This document shows positions 25,535 to 44,700 of a stretch of 64,000 nucleotides of DNA, piece by piece. The position numbers were made by a program, and so were the translations under genes. This DNA comes from Anaeramoeba ignava BMAN (lineage: Eukaryota > Protista > Anaeramoebae): positions 372,001 through 436,000 of the forward strand of contig JAPDFW010000044.1 in the NCBI GenBank assembly GCA_028826165.1, in the 5' to 3' direction. Position 1 is the first letter of the stretch, and the number at the start of each line of letters is the position of its first letter. The notes beneath the pieces are model-generated. The model was not told the DNA's origin and did not search any database. It was given only the letters and a program-made list of their open reading frames with translations.

Positions 25535-26260
25535 AATTGAATTTAAATTGAAATTTAAAATTTGAAATTTAAAATTTGAAATTGAATTGAAATTGAATTG
25601 AAATTTGAAATTGAAATTAAATTAAAATTAAAATTGATTTAAAATTAAATTGAATTTAAAATTGAAATTAAAATTGAAATTAAAATTAAAATTGAATTGA
25701 ATTAAAAAAATGAATTCAAATTTAAAATTTAAATTTAAAATTTAAAATTGAATTTAAAATTGATTTGAAATTGAATTTAAAATTTGAAATTTAAAATTAA
25801 AATTGATTTAAAATTGAAATTGAAAATTAAAATTGAATTTAAAATTAAAATTAAAATTGAAATTAAAATTGAATTGAAATTAAAATTGAATTGAAATTAA
25901 AATTGAATTGAAATTTAAGAATTGAATTTAAAATTGAAATTGAAATTGAATTTTAAATTTTAAAATTTAAAATTAAAATTAAAATTTAAAATTTAAATTA
26001 AAATTAAAATTGAAATTAAAATTGAATTTAAAATTAAAATTGAAATTAAAATTGAATTTAAAATTGAATTAAAATTAAATTTGAAATTTAAATTAAAATT
26101 AAAATTGAATTAAAATTGAATTGAATTTAAGAATTGAAATTAAAATTGAATTGAATTGAATTTGAATTTAAAATTGATTTAAAATTAAAATTGAATTGAA
26201 ATTGAATTTAAAATTGATTTAGAATTGAATTTAGAATTGATTTAAAATTTGAATTTAAAT
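25535..26260. repeat. Intergenic AAATTG/AATTTA low-complexity repeat
   Basis: Directly visible between the convergent WDR91-like and PFO genes. Confidence 0.8.
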
Positions 26261-32146
<5,886 letters not shown>

Positions 32147-32645
32147 AATTGTTTTTTTAATGTTGTTTTTTTTGTTGTTTTTTTGTTATTTATTTATTAA
32201 AAGATTTTATTTATTTATTTAAAAAAAAAATGAAAAAAAATGAAAAAAAAAATTTGAAAAAAAAAATTTTTTTTAAATTAAAAAGCAAAAATATAGAATT
32301 GAAAAATAAATTTTCCTTTTATTTTCCTTTTTTGTTTTCCTTTTTATTCCTTTTTTTTCCTTTTTATTCCTTTTTTATTCCTTTTTATTCTTTTTATTTT
32401 TTTTTTATTCCTTTTTATTCCTTTTTATTTCCTTTTTATTTTCCTTTTTATTCCTTTTTTAAATTATTTTTAAAGAATTAAGGAAAAAAAAAAAGTGATT
32501 AAATTTTTTTTATTAAATTTTTTATTTAAAAAAAAAAGAAGAAAAAAAATTTGAATTTGATAAGTTTTTCAATTTAAAGTTTTTCAAATAAATCTTTTTA
32601 AAAAGATTTATATTTTTTGTTTTTGTTTTTTTTTTTTTAAATTTA

Positions 32646-35600
32646 TTATTTCTTTTTTGTGTTAACACTTGCAAATTGAATAAATTTAATAATTTTCTGT
32701 TCCCATAATTCTGTTTTAGCTTTTAAAGTACTATATAATTCAAACAATTTTAATCCTTCATATCCTTGTTTCCAAGTAAAAAGTAATGCAAAATTATCTT
32801 TTTCAAATGATTCTTTTTGAATATCATCTCTTTCAATTCCCAAAACATTAGAAAGATCAAAAGCAATTGGATGAAAAAACTATAAATATAAATATAAATT
32901 TTTAAATTTTAATTTCAAATAATTTCAAATTAATTTTAAAAAAATTCATTCATTTCATGTTAATATAAAAAATTTTTTTACATTTTTATTTTGAAAAGCA
33001 TAAAGTTTTCCAGTTTCTTGAAAAAATGAAACTAAATTTGTTGGTTCTTCAATATTTTCAGTAACCAAATAACTATTACCATCACTAATAAGTGTTTGAG
33101 TTGGAAATACTTTTCCCTTTATTATTTATTATTTATTATTTATATTTAATTTTAATTTTTATTTGAAAAAAAAAATATATATATATTACTTGATAAATAT
33201 GAAATACAGCATCAAGAGTTGGTTTTATTTTTGGATCTTTTTTTGGTGTTAAATTAAAAGATTTTGTTTTTGGATTATTAACTGATAAACCAAGTGTTGT
33301 TGGATCAACAGAAAGTTCTCCAACTAATTCATCTTCAAATAAATCAAATGAAAAAAGTTGGAATGTAATTTTTCCAATACTTTTCACTAAAAAAAGAATT
33401 TAATAAAATTATTTAAATAAATTTCATGTAAATAAAATAAATAAATTGTTTCTTTTTTTTTTAAAAAGTTATTCACTTTTTTCTATTGAATCTCTATTTA
33501 AATTTTTGTTTTAAAAAAGAAAAAGAAAAAGAAATTAATAAAATTTTAAATAATTTAAATTAATAATAATAATAACCCAATAACAAAAATAAATTCTTCA
33601 TCTTCCCAAGAAGGACTTTGTTTTGGTTTTGCTTCAAATATTTTTGTTTGATCAGAAAGATCATTTGATACTACTTTAACATAAGAATCACCACCTAAAT
33701 TTAAAATATTTTAAAATTTTTTAAAATTTTCAAATCTTTCTTAAATTAAAAATATAATTATAAATATAAAAGCTAACCTCTAATTTTCTTGATTTTTTTA
33801 ACTATTTTTTTTAAAAAACAAAGAATTAAATTAAATTAATATAAATTGAATTAAAATAATAATAAATATTTTTTTTTACCTGAAACTTTTAAGCGAAATG
33901 AATTATCTTCAAAAGCAGGATCAATTTCAGATACATTTTCTATTTTATTTTCAGGTTGATTTGTATTCATTTGATTATCATTTTGATTATCATTTTGATT
34001 TTTATCTTTTTCATCTTTTTTATCTTTTTTATCCTTTTCATCTTTTTTATCTTTATTTTCATCTTTATCATCATTATCACTTTTATCTTCTTGAACTTGT
34101 TGAGATTCTTTTTTATCTTGAATTTCTTTTTGTTTTTCTTCTTCTTCTTTTAATTTTTTCTTTTCTTCTTTTAATTTCTTTTCTTCTTCTTCTTTTAATT
34201 TTCTTTCTTCTTCTTCTTTTAATTTCTTTCTTCTTCTTCTTTTAATTTTCTTTCTTCTTCTTCTTTTAATTTTCTTTCTTCTTCTTCTTTTAATTTTCTT
34301 TCTTCTTCTTCTTTTTCTTTTAATTTTTTATCTTCTTCATCCATTTCATTTTGAATTTTATCAAGATCTAATTCACTTTCAGAAGAACTAATTTCACTTG
34401 AAGTATCTAAATTTCCAAAAACATCATCAACATCATCTTTTTCTTTAGATTTTTTATCTTTAGATTTTTTTTCTTTAGATTTTTTTTCTTTAGATTTTTC
34501 TTCTTTAGATTTTTCTTCTTTAGATTTTTCTTCTTTAGATTTTTCTTCTTTAGATTTTTGTTCTTCATCCTTTTTATAAGCAAAAGATTTTGCTTTAACA
34601 AGATTATTTTGACTATCTTGAGATTCAACCATTTCTGATTGTGTTTTTTGAAGTATTCCTTTTTTAGGTATTGGTTTTTGATCAGGCATTTTTGGTGATA
34701 ATGGTTTTATTGGTGTTTCTTTCTTTTCATCCTTTGTTTCTGTTTTTCTTGGTGTTTTTGGTGTTTCTTTTTTTAACTCCGTTTTTATTGATGATATTGA
34801 TTTTGGTCTGTCTTCAAGTTTACCCATACTATTTCCTCTTGGAATTGCTCCTAATTGTTTTGTTTTCATTTTTTCTTCTTTTTGCTTTAATTTTTCTTCC
34901 TTTTGTTTTTGCTTATCTAATAGTTTTTTTTCTTTTTGTTTTAATTTTTCTTCTTTTTGTTTTTGTCTATCCAATAATTTTTTTTCTCTTTCCATTTTTT
35001 TCTTCATTTCTCTTTCTTTTCTCAATTCATTTTTATCTTTCTTTTTTGATTTAGCTTTTGTTGAATCTTCTTTTTCTTGTTCTTTAATTGGTTCTTTTTG
35101 TGTATCTTCTTTAATTTCTTTTGGTGATTTTTCATCTGATTTTTCACTTGTTTTTTCACTTGTTTTAATATTTTCATTTTCATTTTCATTTTCTTTTAAA
35201 TTATCATCAACTTTTTTCTGTTTTTCATCTTCAATTTTTTGTTTTTTCAATTCTGCATTTTTAATTAAATTTTCTTCAATTTCTTGAATTTTTGATAAAT
35301 CAAAAGAATTTGGGAAAATATCTTTTTTTGCTCCAAATTTTTCCAAAACATCAATAGAATTTTGTCTTTCTTTAAGATCTATTGTTTCATAAGTTTTAGC
35401 AAGAAACCAAGGTGTTTGATTTTGGTTATTTTGTTGATTGAGGATATTTTCAATAATAATTCCTGATTTTAAAACAGATAATAAACCATCAGAATAAAAA
35501 TTTTTTGTTAATAAATGAAGACAATTATCTCCATCTTCATTTTTTTGTTCAAAATTAAAAGCTCTACTATCATTTCTTAATTCACTTAGAAAATATTCTA

Positions 35601-38462
35601 AACATTTTGGAAGTTTTCTTTTGCAAATATTTAAAAATGGTGTATTTCCATTAATATCTACTGTATCAAATTTTCCTCCAACTTCATGAAGTAATCGAAG
35701 CATTTCTGGATCATCATTATTAGTGTTTGTGCAGAAATAATTAAGAGGTGTTTGTTGTTTATCTTTATTTTTATGCTCAATATATTTTTCAGTTAAACCA
35801 TCTTTTTGTAAATTTTTCATTATCTTTATTTTTAAATTAAAAAATTAATTTCTAAATTTATTTAATTTAAATTAAATTAAATTTTTTTAAAACATACATT
35901 AATACTTTTGAATAATGATATTTTATGAATAATTGAATTTCCATTTTCATCAATTTCTAAATCTTTATTTAATTGATATAATTTTTGGAAACAATCCAAT
36001 TTATCTAAAGAAACTGATAACCAAAAAGGAGTTAATCCATCTTTGTTTTTTGCTTCAAGATCTGCACCATTTTTACAAAAAAGTTCAATACCATCAATAT
36101 TATCTTCATAAACCATTTGATGTAACATTGTATTTTGATTTTCTGAATCAATAATTGTACTAAGTGTTTCTTTTTTATGTTCTTCATAATTATCAATATA
36201 ACCTGAAAAAAGATTTAATTTTGATTTCTTAAGAAAAATTATTGTAATATCTTCATTTGAGTTATTTTTATGTTTTAAATCAGCTCCTTTTTCTTTTAAT
36301 AATTGAATTGTCTATAAAGTTTTTTTTTTTCAAATTAATTTTTTAATTTTAATTTTATAATTTATAAAATTTTTACTTCAATAGATAAGTTTGTATTTTT
36401 AGCAGCATAAATTAATGGAGTTTGATTTTCATGATCTTTAAAATTAACATCTGCATTATAATCAGTTAACAACAAATTAATCATTTTTTCATTCTAAATT
36501 TAAAATATTTTTAAAATAATTTATAATTTTAAAATAAATTATATTTTTAAATAATTTATATTTTTAAAATAATTTATATTTTTGAAATAAATTATATTTT
36601 TGAAATAATTTATATTTTTGAAATAATTTATATTTTTAAAATAATTTATATTTTTAAAATAATTTATATTTTTAAAATAAATTATATTTTTAAAATAATT
36701 TATATTTTTAAAATAATTTATATTTTTAAAATAATTTATATTTTTAAAATAATTTATAATTTTAAAATAATTTATATTTTTAAAATAATTTATATTTTTA
36801 AAATAAATTATATTTTTAAAATAAAATAATTTATATTTTTAAAATAATTTATATTTTTAAAATAATTTAATAATTTATATTTTTAAAAATAATTTATATT
36901 TTTTAAAATAATTTATATTTTTAAAATAATTTATATTTTAAAATAAATTATATTTTTAAAATAATTTATAATTTTTAAAATAATTTTATTTTAAAATAAA
37001 TTTATATTTTTAAAATAATTTATAATTTATTTTAAAATAAATTATGAAATTTTTAAATTTATATTTTTAAAATAATTTATATTTTTAAAATAAATTATAT
37101 TTTAAAATAAATTTATATTTTTAAAATAATTTTAATTTTAAAATAAATATATTTTTAAAATTTATATTTTTAAAATAAATTATATTTTTAAAAAATAATT
37201 TTATATTTTTAAAATAAATTTAGTGTGATTTTTAAAATAATTTATATTTTTAAAATAATTTTATTTTTAAAATATTTTTAAAATAATTTATATTTTTAAA
37301 ATAATTTATTTTTAAAATAATTTATATTTTTAAAATAATTTATTTTAAAATAATATTTTAAAATAATTTTATATTTTTAAAATAATTTTATTTTTAAAAT
37401 AATTTATATTTTTAAAATAATTTATAATTTTTAAAAATAATTTATATTTTTAAAATAATTTATATTTTTAAAATAATTTATATTTTTAAAATAATTTATA
37501 TTTTAAAATAATTTATAATTTTTAAAATAATTTATATTTTTAAAATAATTTATATTTTTAAAATAATTATAATAATTTTTAAAATAAAATTATATTTTAA
37601 AATAATTTATAATTTTAAAAATTTATATTTTTAAAAAATTTTTAAAAAATAAATTTAATTTACTTTAAAATAAATTATATTTTTAAAATAATTTATATTT
37701 TTAAAATAAATTATATTTTTAAAAATAATTTTTTTAAAATAAATTATATTTTTAAAATAAATTATATTTTTAAAATAAATTATATTTTTAAAAATATTTT
37801 TGAATTATATTTTTAAAATAAATTATATTTTTTTTTAAAATAAATAATTTTATATTTTTAAAATAATTTAAATTTTAAAAAATTTAAATTTTATAATTTT
37901 ATTTTTAAAATAATTTAATTAAATTTATATTTTTAAAATTTTTAAAAAAAAAAAAAATTAAAAAAATTATAAATTAAAAGTTCTTCCTTCTTTAAAATTA
38001 AAAAATTAAAAAATAATTTATATTTTTAAAATTTTAAAAGAATTTATATTTTTTTAAAAATAATTTATATTTTAAAACTAAATTAAAATTTAAAAAATTA
38101 AAATTAAATTAAAAATAAAATTTTAAAATTAAAAAATTAAAAAAAATTTTTTTTTAAAAAATTTTAAAATTAAAATTATAATTTTAAAATTAAATTATAT
38201 TTTTTTTACAGAATTTGCTTTAACTGCAACATGAAGAAGTGTTTCTCCATTTTCTGTAACAAAATTTGGATTAACTTTCTTTTTAATAAATCCTCCAGAA
38301 AGAAGATTTTTCATTTTTTTTGTGTTTGATTCAATAACTGCTGTTTGTAATTGTTTTTCTTTATCCTGAATTTTTTAAATTGAATTTTTTTAAATTGAAT
38401 TTTTTTAAATTGAATTTTTTAAATTGAATTTCTTTTTAAAATACTTCTGTTTTTCGAGACAT
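32646..38462 (-). CDS. Ankyrin-repeat protein with K/E-rich middle region and C-terminal C2 domain, multi-exon
   Basis: Ankyrin repeats GETLLHVAV, QTPLIYAA, GLTPFWLSV and GNTPF. C2-like DSYVKV...SPSWEDEEFIF...ITFQLFSFDLFEDELVGEL. First exon is MSRKTE from ATG 38462. Confidence 0.75.
36495..38200. repeat. Intronic ~20-bp minisatellite (TTTTTAAAATAATTTATAT)
   Basis: Directly visible within an intron of the ankyrin-C2 gene. Confidence 0.85.
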
Positions 38463-38793
38463 TTTGATTTGATTTTGATTTTGATTTTGTTTTGATTTTT
38501 TAAGGGTTTTGTTTTTTTAAAGAGTTTTTCGAAAATTTTTTTTAATTTTGTTAATTAAATTAAATTTAAAAAAAAAGCAAAAAATTTTTTAAAAATTAAA
38601 ATCAAAAAAAGAAAATTTTTCTTTTGTTAATTAAATTGTTTTGTTATTTTGTTTTGTTATTTAAAAAAAATTAAAAAAAAATGGAAAAAAGAAAAAAAAT
38701 GAAAAAAAAAATTAAAAAAATTAATTAAAATAAAAAGGAGAAAATAAAAATAAAAATAAAATTTTTCTTCTTTTTCTTTTTCTTTTTTAAATT

Positions 38794-41700
38794 TTATAAA
38801 AAGAATTCTAATTGAATTTTAATAATATTTAAAATAATTAAAACTGATTTTAAATCTTCAAATTCAAAAATAATTGTTGTTTGTTTATGTTTTTTCTTTT
38901 TTTTTAAATTTAAAATAATTTTCTTTTCTTCATAATCAATTTTCTCAATATCTTTATGTTCAATTTCATATTTAATCTTATTTTTTTTTAAAAATAAAAT
39001 TCTACAATCTATTTTCCAAATTAATCCAAATATTAAATAATAAATAATAAATATTAAATATTTCAAATATCCAAATATCCAAATATCCAAATATCCAAAT
39101 ATTAAATATCCAAATATCCAAATATCCAAATATCCAAATATCCAAATATTAAATATCCAAATATTATATCCAAATATCCAAATATTAAATATTAAATATT
39201 AAAATATTAAATATCCAAATATCCAAATATCCAAATATCCAAATATTCAAATATCCAAATATCCAAATATCCAAATATCCAAATATCCAAATATCCAAAT
39301 ATTAAATAATAAATAATAAAGATCCAAATATCCAAATATCCAATTTTTTTAAATATCCAAATATCCAAATATCCAAATATCCAAATATTAAATATCCAAA
39401 TATTAAATATCCGGACTTTAAATATAAATATTAAATATCCAAATTTTAAATATTCAAATATTCAAATATTAAATATCCAAATATTAAATATCCAAATATT
39501 AAAATCAAAAATCCAAATATCCAAATATTAAATATTAAATAAAAAATCCAAATATAAATATTCAAATTGTTTAAATAAATATTAAATATTCAAATATTAA
39601 ATAGTATCCAAAATTAAAAATCCTTTAAATAAATATTAAATATTAAATATTAAATATTAAATATAACCCCCCCTCAAATATTAAATCCTGTATCCCAAAT
39701 ATCCAAATATTCAAATTTTTAATTAAATATTAAATATTAAATATTAATAAATATTAAATATCCAAATATCCAAATATCCAAATATCCAAATATCCAAATA
39801 TCCAAATATCCAAATATCCAAATATCCAAATATCCAAATATCCAAATATCCAAATATCCAAATCAAATCCAAATATCCAAATATTAAATATTAAATATCC
39901 AAATATCCAAATATCAAATATTAAAATATCAAATTGTTTAAATAAATATTAAATATTAAATATCCAAATATTTAATATTAAATATTAAATATTAAATATT
40001 AAATATTCAAAATATCCAAATATAAATATTAAATATCCAAATATTAAATATTAAATATCAAATATCAAATATCCAAATATCCAAATATTCAAATAAATAA
40101 ATATCCAAATATCCAAATATCCAAATATCCAAATATCCAAATATCCAAATATCCAAAATAAATATAAATATTAAATATCCAAATATCCAAATATCCAAAA
40201 TAATTCCAAATATCCAAATATCCAAATATTAAATATTCAAATTTTATTAAATATTAAATATTCAAATTTAATTAAATATTAAATATCCAAATATTAAATA
40301 TTAAATATTAAATATCAAATATCCAAATATCCAAATATCCAAATATTAAATATCCAAATATTAAATATTAAATATTCAAATTCTTTAAATATTAAATATT
40401 AAAATTCTTTAATTAAATATTAAATATTAAAATTCTTTAAATAAATATCTAAATATTAAAATTGTTTAATTAAATATTAAATATTAAAATTCTTTAAATA
40501 AAAAATGAAATATTACCTGTAACAATAACTGATGTTTTTTCTTGTAAAAAACGAGGAACAAGACAAATACAAGATTCTTTTAAATATTTACCATCTTTAA
40601 GAGTAGATAAAATAAATTGACTTTTAGCTAAATCAGGATTAAAAGGATAAAGAACTTTATCAATACCAAAATAACGAGGTAATCTAACTCTTCCAAAACT
40701 TTTAATATCAAAAATAGAAGTAGTATTTTTAATACCTTGAAAAACATTAGAAGTAAAATCAGCAAAACCAACAACAGGTTTAGAAACAACACCAAGAAGA
40801 CCTTTACCAGCTCCTTGAAAAAACCCTTTTGTTCCTGATTTTTTTGCACCTTTGATTGGCTGAGTAACTAATCCAGAAACTCCTGACCATAATCCTTTTG
40901 CAAATGACTTTGTTCCTTTTGTAATTCCTTCTCCAATATGTTTAGGTTTGTTTCGTATTTGATCTTGTTTTCTTGATTCTTGAAACTCTTTATCTAACGT
41001 GAGTTTTGATACTCCTTGTCCTAATGACCCAACTACTTTGCTTGTTGTTCCAAATATTCCATTTATTGAATGTTTAACTAATCCCCATGTTCCTTTTCCT
41101 GCTCCTTTAACAAATTCTGTTGGTGATTTAACAATTCCTTTTGCTGGTTCATGAAAGAACATAGCAAATCCTAATAATAAACAAAATATTTATTTCCAAT
41201 TTTAATTTTATAATTGAATTTTAATTTAAATTTTATAAATGAATTTTAAATGTACCAGTTCCAACATTCTTAAATAATCCTTTAGCATCTCCAAATATAT
41301 CAAATGAAAAAATTATTTTATAAAGTTGTTTCTTAATAAAATGTTGATAATGTTTGAAAATTAATAACTCAAAATTCTTATTTGTTAATATTGCATGTCT
41401 TAAAACTAATCCATTGATTTTTAATTCACAATCTTCAAAATTTGCAAGTGATGAACCAAATATATTCAAAAATTTCTTATTACAAGAATAAAAAGAAACA
41501 TCCAATTCAATTGGATTTAAATGGAATAATTCAAAATAATTCTTCATTTTCTGTTCCTTTTTTGTTTTTTCTTTTTTATCTTCAATTTTCTTTTGTTCTG
41601 AATATTCTTCATGAATCATTGTTACAATATCTTTTCCTTCAAGATATTTTGATCTTCTTTTGCTTTTAATCCAATTCATAATCCCCATTACTGAAAAAAA

Positions 41701-44700
41701 ATCAAAAAATTCTTCAAGTGTTTCCTCATCAATTTTGATATTTAATGCTTGAACTAAAACAGAAACATATCTATAATAATCAACATCTCCTCCAGAAACA
41801 AAAGAACGTGCAATACTAATACTAATAACTGGAAGATTCACATCTTTAATTGGTTTAGGTTCAATAATAACTGGATAAATTGCTATTGGATTTTGATTAT
41901 CTAATTGAAATCTTTCCAATCGAAATTCAAATGCTTGTCCTTTTGCATCTCCTTCAATATGCAATCCAAATCCTTGCATTGTCATTAATCCTATTTCTTT
42001 TGGTGTTTTATCAATCATTGAAATGGAAAATCCTGATAAAATTACTGTGAAATTGTATTTTAATCCTGTAACTTCATTTCCTGTTAATATTTCATCATCA
42101 TTACTATCATCATTTAATTCATTGTTTTTTCTTTTTTGATCTTTTATTATTCTTCTTCTTCTTTTACTTTCTTTTTGTAAAAATTCTCGAATTTCAAGAA
42201 CTTTTGTTGAATTACGATTCAAAACTGAAAAACTAATCCATTTCTTCCCAAATGCTATTAATGGATATCTTTTCAATTTATCAAGTCCAATTTTATGTGA
42301 AAATATTGCTATTGTTTGTTCTTGAATTTTTTTCCTTCTTTCTTTTGTTAATTTCTTTTCCAAAATCTCAAATCTTAATTCTTTTTTTTCAGTCATATTT
42401 TCCCATGAATATCTTATTGTATTTTTAGGTTCAACAACTTCAGAAATTTTGGTTCCTTTCTGTTGGATTATAAAACTGAATGTTGTTTGATTATTGATTA
42501 AATAAGGTGGTCTTTCTTTGGTTTCTGGTTTAACAAAAACATAAAATATTGGTCCATTATCTTTAATTAATATATTTGCAATATAAACATCTCCTGATTT
42601 TGAACGCATTTTCAATCCAAATTCTCCAATTCCATCAACAACAAATGGATTACTCCAATTCCATTCATCTTCATCTTTATTATTATTATTATTGTTTTCA
42701 TTTAATTGATTATTTATTAAAATTTTCATTCTTAATAAATGTTGTTTTTGATTCCAAAAATATAATGGAATATAATCTTGTGATTTAATTTGTTTTTCTT
42801 TATTCTTTATTTGATTATCTTCATTTTCTGTTGAAACTTCAATATCAAAATTACATTGATTTACAATAAAAAATCTTGGTGAAAATGTTGCTGTACTTGT
42901 ACGTTTAAAAGCATCTGTTCCTCCTCTAATAGAAACTGCAATTTCAATATAATAACCTAAATATTTCATTCTTAATTCTTTGAAAGAACCAGAAGCTTCA
43001 AGATTAATATTCTGACTCCATTCACTGTTATTTGTTTTTGTTTTCATTTCTTTTTTATTAATCATTACAACTCGATTTGAAAATTTTTCAGTAATTGATT
43101 CATATTGATTTTTTCCTGATAAAATTTCTCCAACATTAGGAACAATAATATCATTATTATCTTTATCATTTTTTTCTTCAAAAATCCATTTTTTTTCATT
43201 TCCAGTTATATAATCTAAAACAATTCCTGATTTATTAAAAACAACAAATTGAGAAAAGAATGCAATTTCCCTTATTCCTTGTTTTGTGATTTGATTTTCT
43301 TTTGAAAAATATTCAAGTCTATTTTGATTATCCAAAATTGTAAGTTGCTTATTACTTTTCCTTGATTTTAAATCTAAAATTTGTTGTTCTGTATTTTGAT
43401 ATCCATCGATTCCAACAATAAAAGTAACACAATCTGGTTCAAGTAAAATATTATAAATACTTTTTCTTTCTCCTCTTAATATTATTACTTCATTTTTTTG
43501 CTTTCTTTTTTGATTTCTTATTGAAAATTGAATTGTGCTAAATAAAACATTCTCAATTATTAATGTTGGTAAAATTTCAATTTTTGAACAACTTCTTTGT
43601 GAATGAATTTTCTTTTTTATAAATACTGAAAAATAAAAATTATTTTTTCCTTTTGTATTTTGGCATTCAATTATAATTGGATTTCGTGGTAATTTTGATA
43701 AAGAAATTGATTTTTGTAAATTAATTTTAGTTTTTGATTCATTTTGTTCATTTTCATTATTATCTTCTTTGATCTCAATTTTTTTATGTTTTATTTTTCT
43801 AAATGAAAATTTCCTATCTTTTTCTTTTTTAATTTCATCTTTTTTCTTTTTCTAAATGAAAATTTTCTAATTTTTTCATTTTTAATTTCATTTTCATCTT
43901 TTTTCTTTTTTCTAAATGAAAATTTTCTAACTTTTTCATTTTCATTTTCATTTTCATCTTTTTTCTTTTTTCTAAATGAAAATTTTCTAACTTTTTCATT
44001 TTCATTTTGATTTTCATCTTTTTTCTTTTTCCTAAATGAAAATTTTCTAACTTTTTTAATTTGATTTTGATTTTGAATTGGATTTTCATTTTCATCTTTT
44101 TCTTCATCAATATAAATTTGATCATTTTCTAATGCAAATATTGATATTGAACCTTTATTTATAAATTCAAATGGAATTGAATATTCTTTTTCAGGATAAA
44201 TAATTAAAGAAGATGATTTATAATCTCCTTTTTCTGACCAAAATAAAAGTTGTAAAGGAATTGACATTTGTTGTAATTGAATATGAAGAGCAGTTTTTAT
44301 TGTTAGTTTTTTGCTTGTATCTTCACAAATATCAACAGATGCAAGTATCTTAACTTTTGTATTTTTATTTAAATGACATATAAAAATTCTTTTTTCAATT
44401 CTACTGATAAACATATTATAAGGTGTACGATTTGGATATTTTTTAAATTGAAAATTAACAATAATTGAATTTTGCATTGCTGATGTTAATTTTGTTTCAT
44501 CTTTGGTTCTTGTTATTTGAATTGCTTGAATTTCATTTGGTTTTAATAATAATTTTTTTGGTTCTGTTGAATGTTGTGTTATTTCATTATGTGTCCACCA
44601 TTCAATTAGTTCATGTGTTTGATTTTCTATCCAATATGGATTAAATGCTTGAATTTCTTTTTCAATTTTAATTTCATTTTCATTTTCTTTTTCAATTTTA

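Noticed and set aside
39040-40500. (ATATCCAA)n as an interstitial telomere
   Set aside because: It lies within a GT-AG intron, is degenerate and mixes with ATATTAA units. Nothing shows it is the telomeric repeat.
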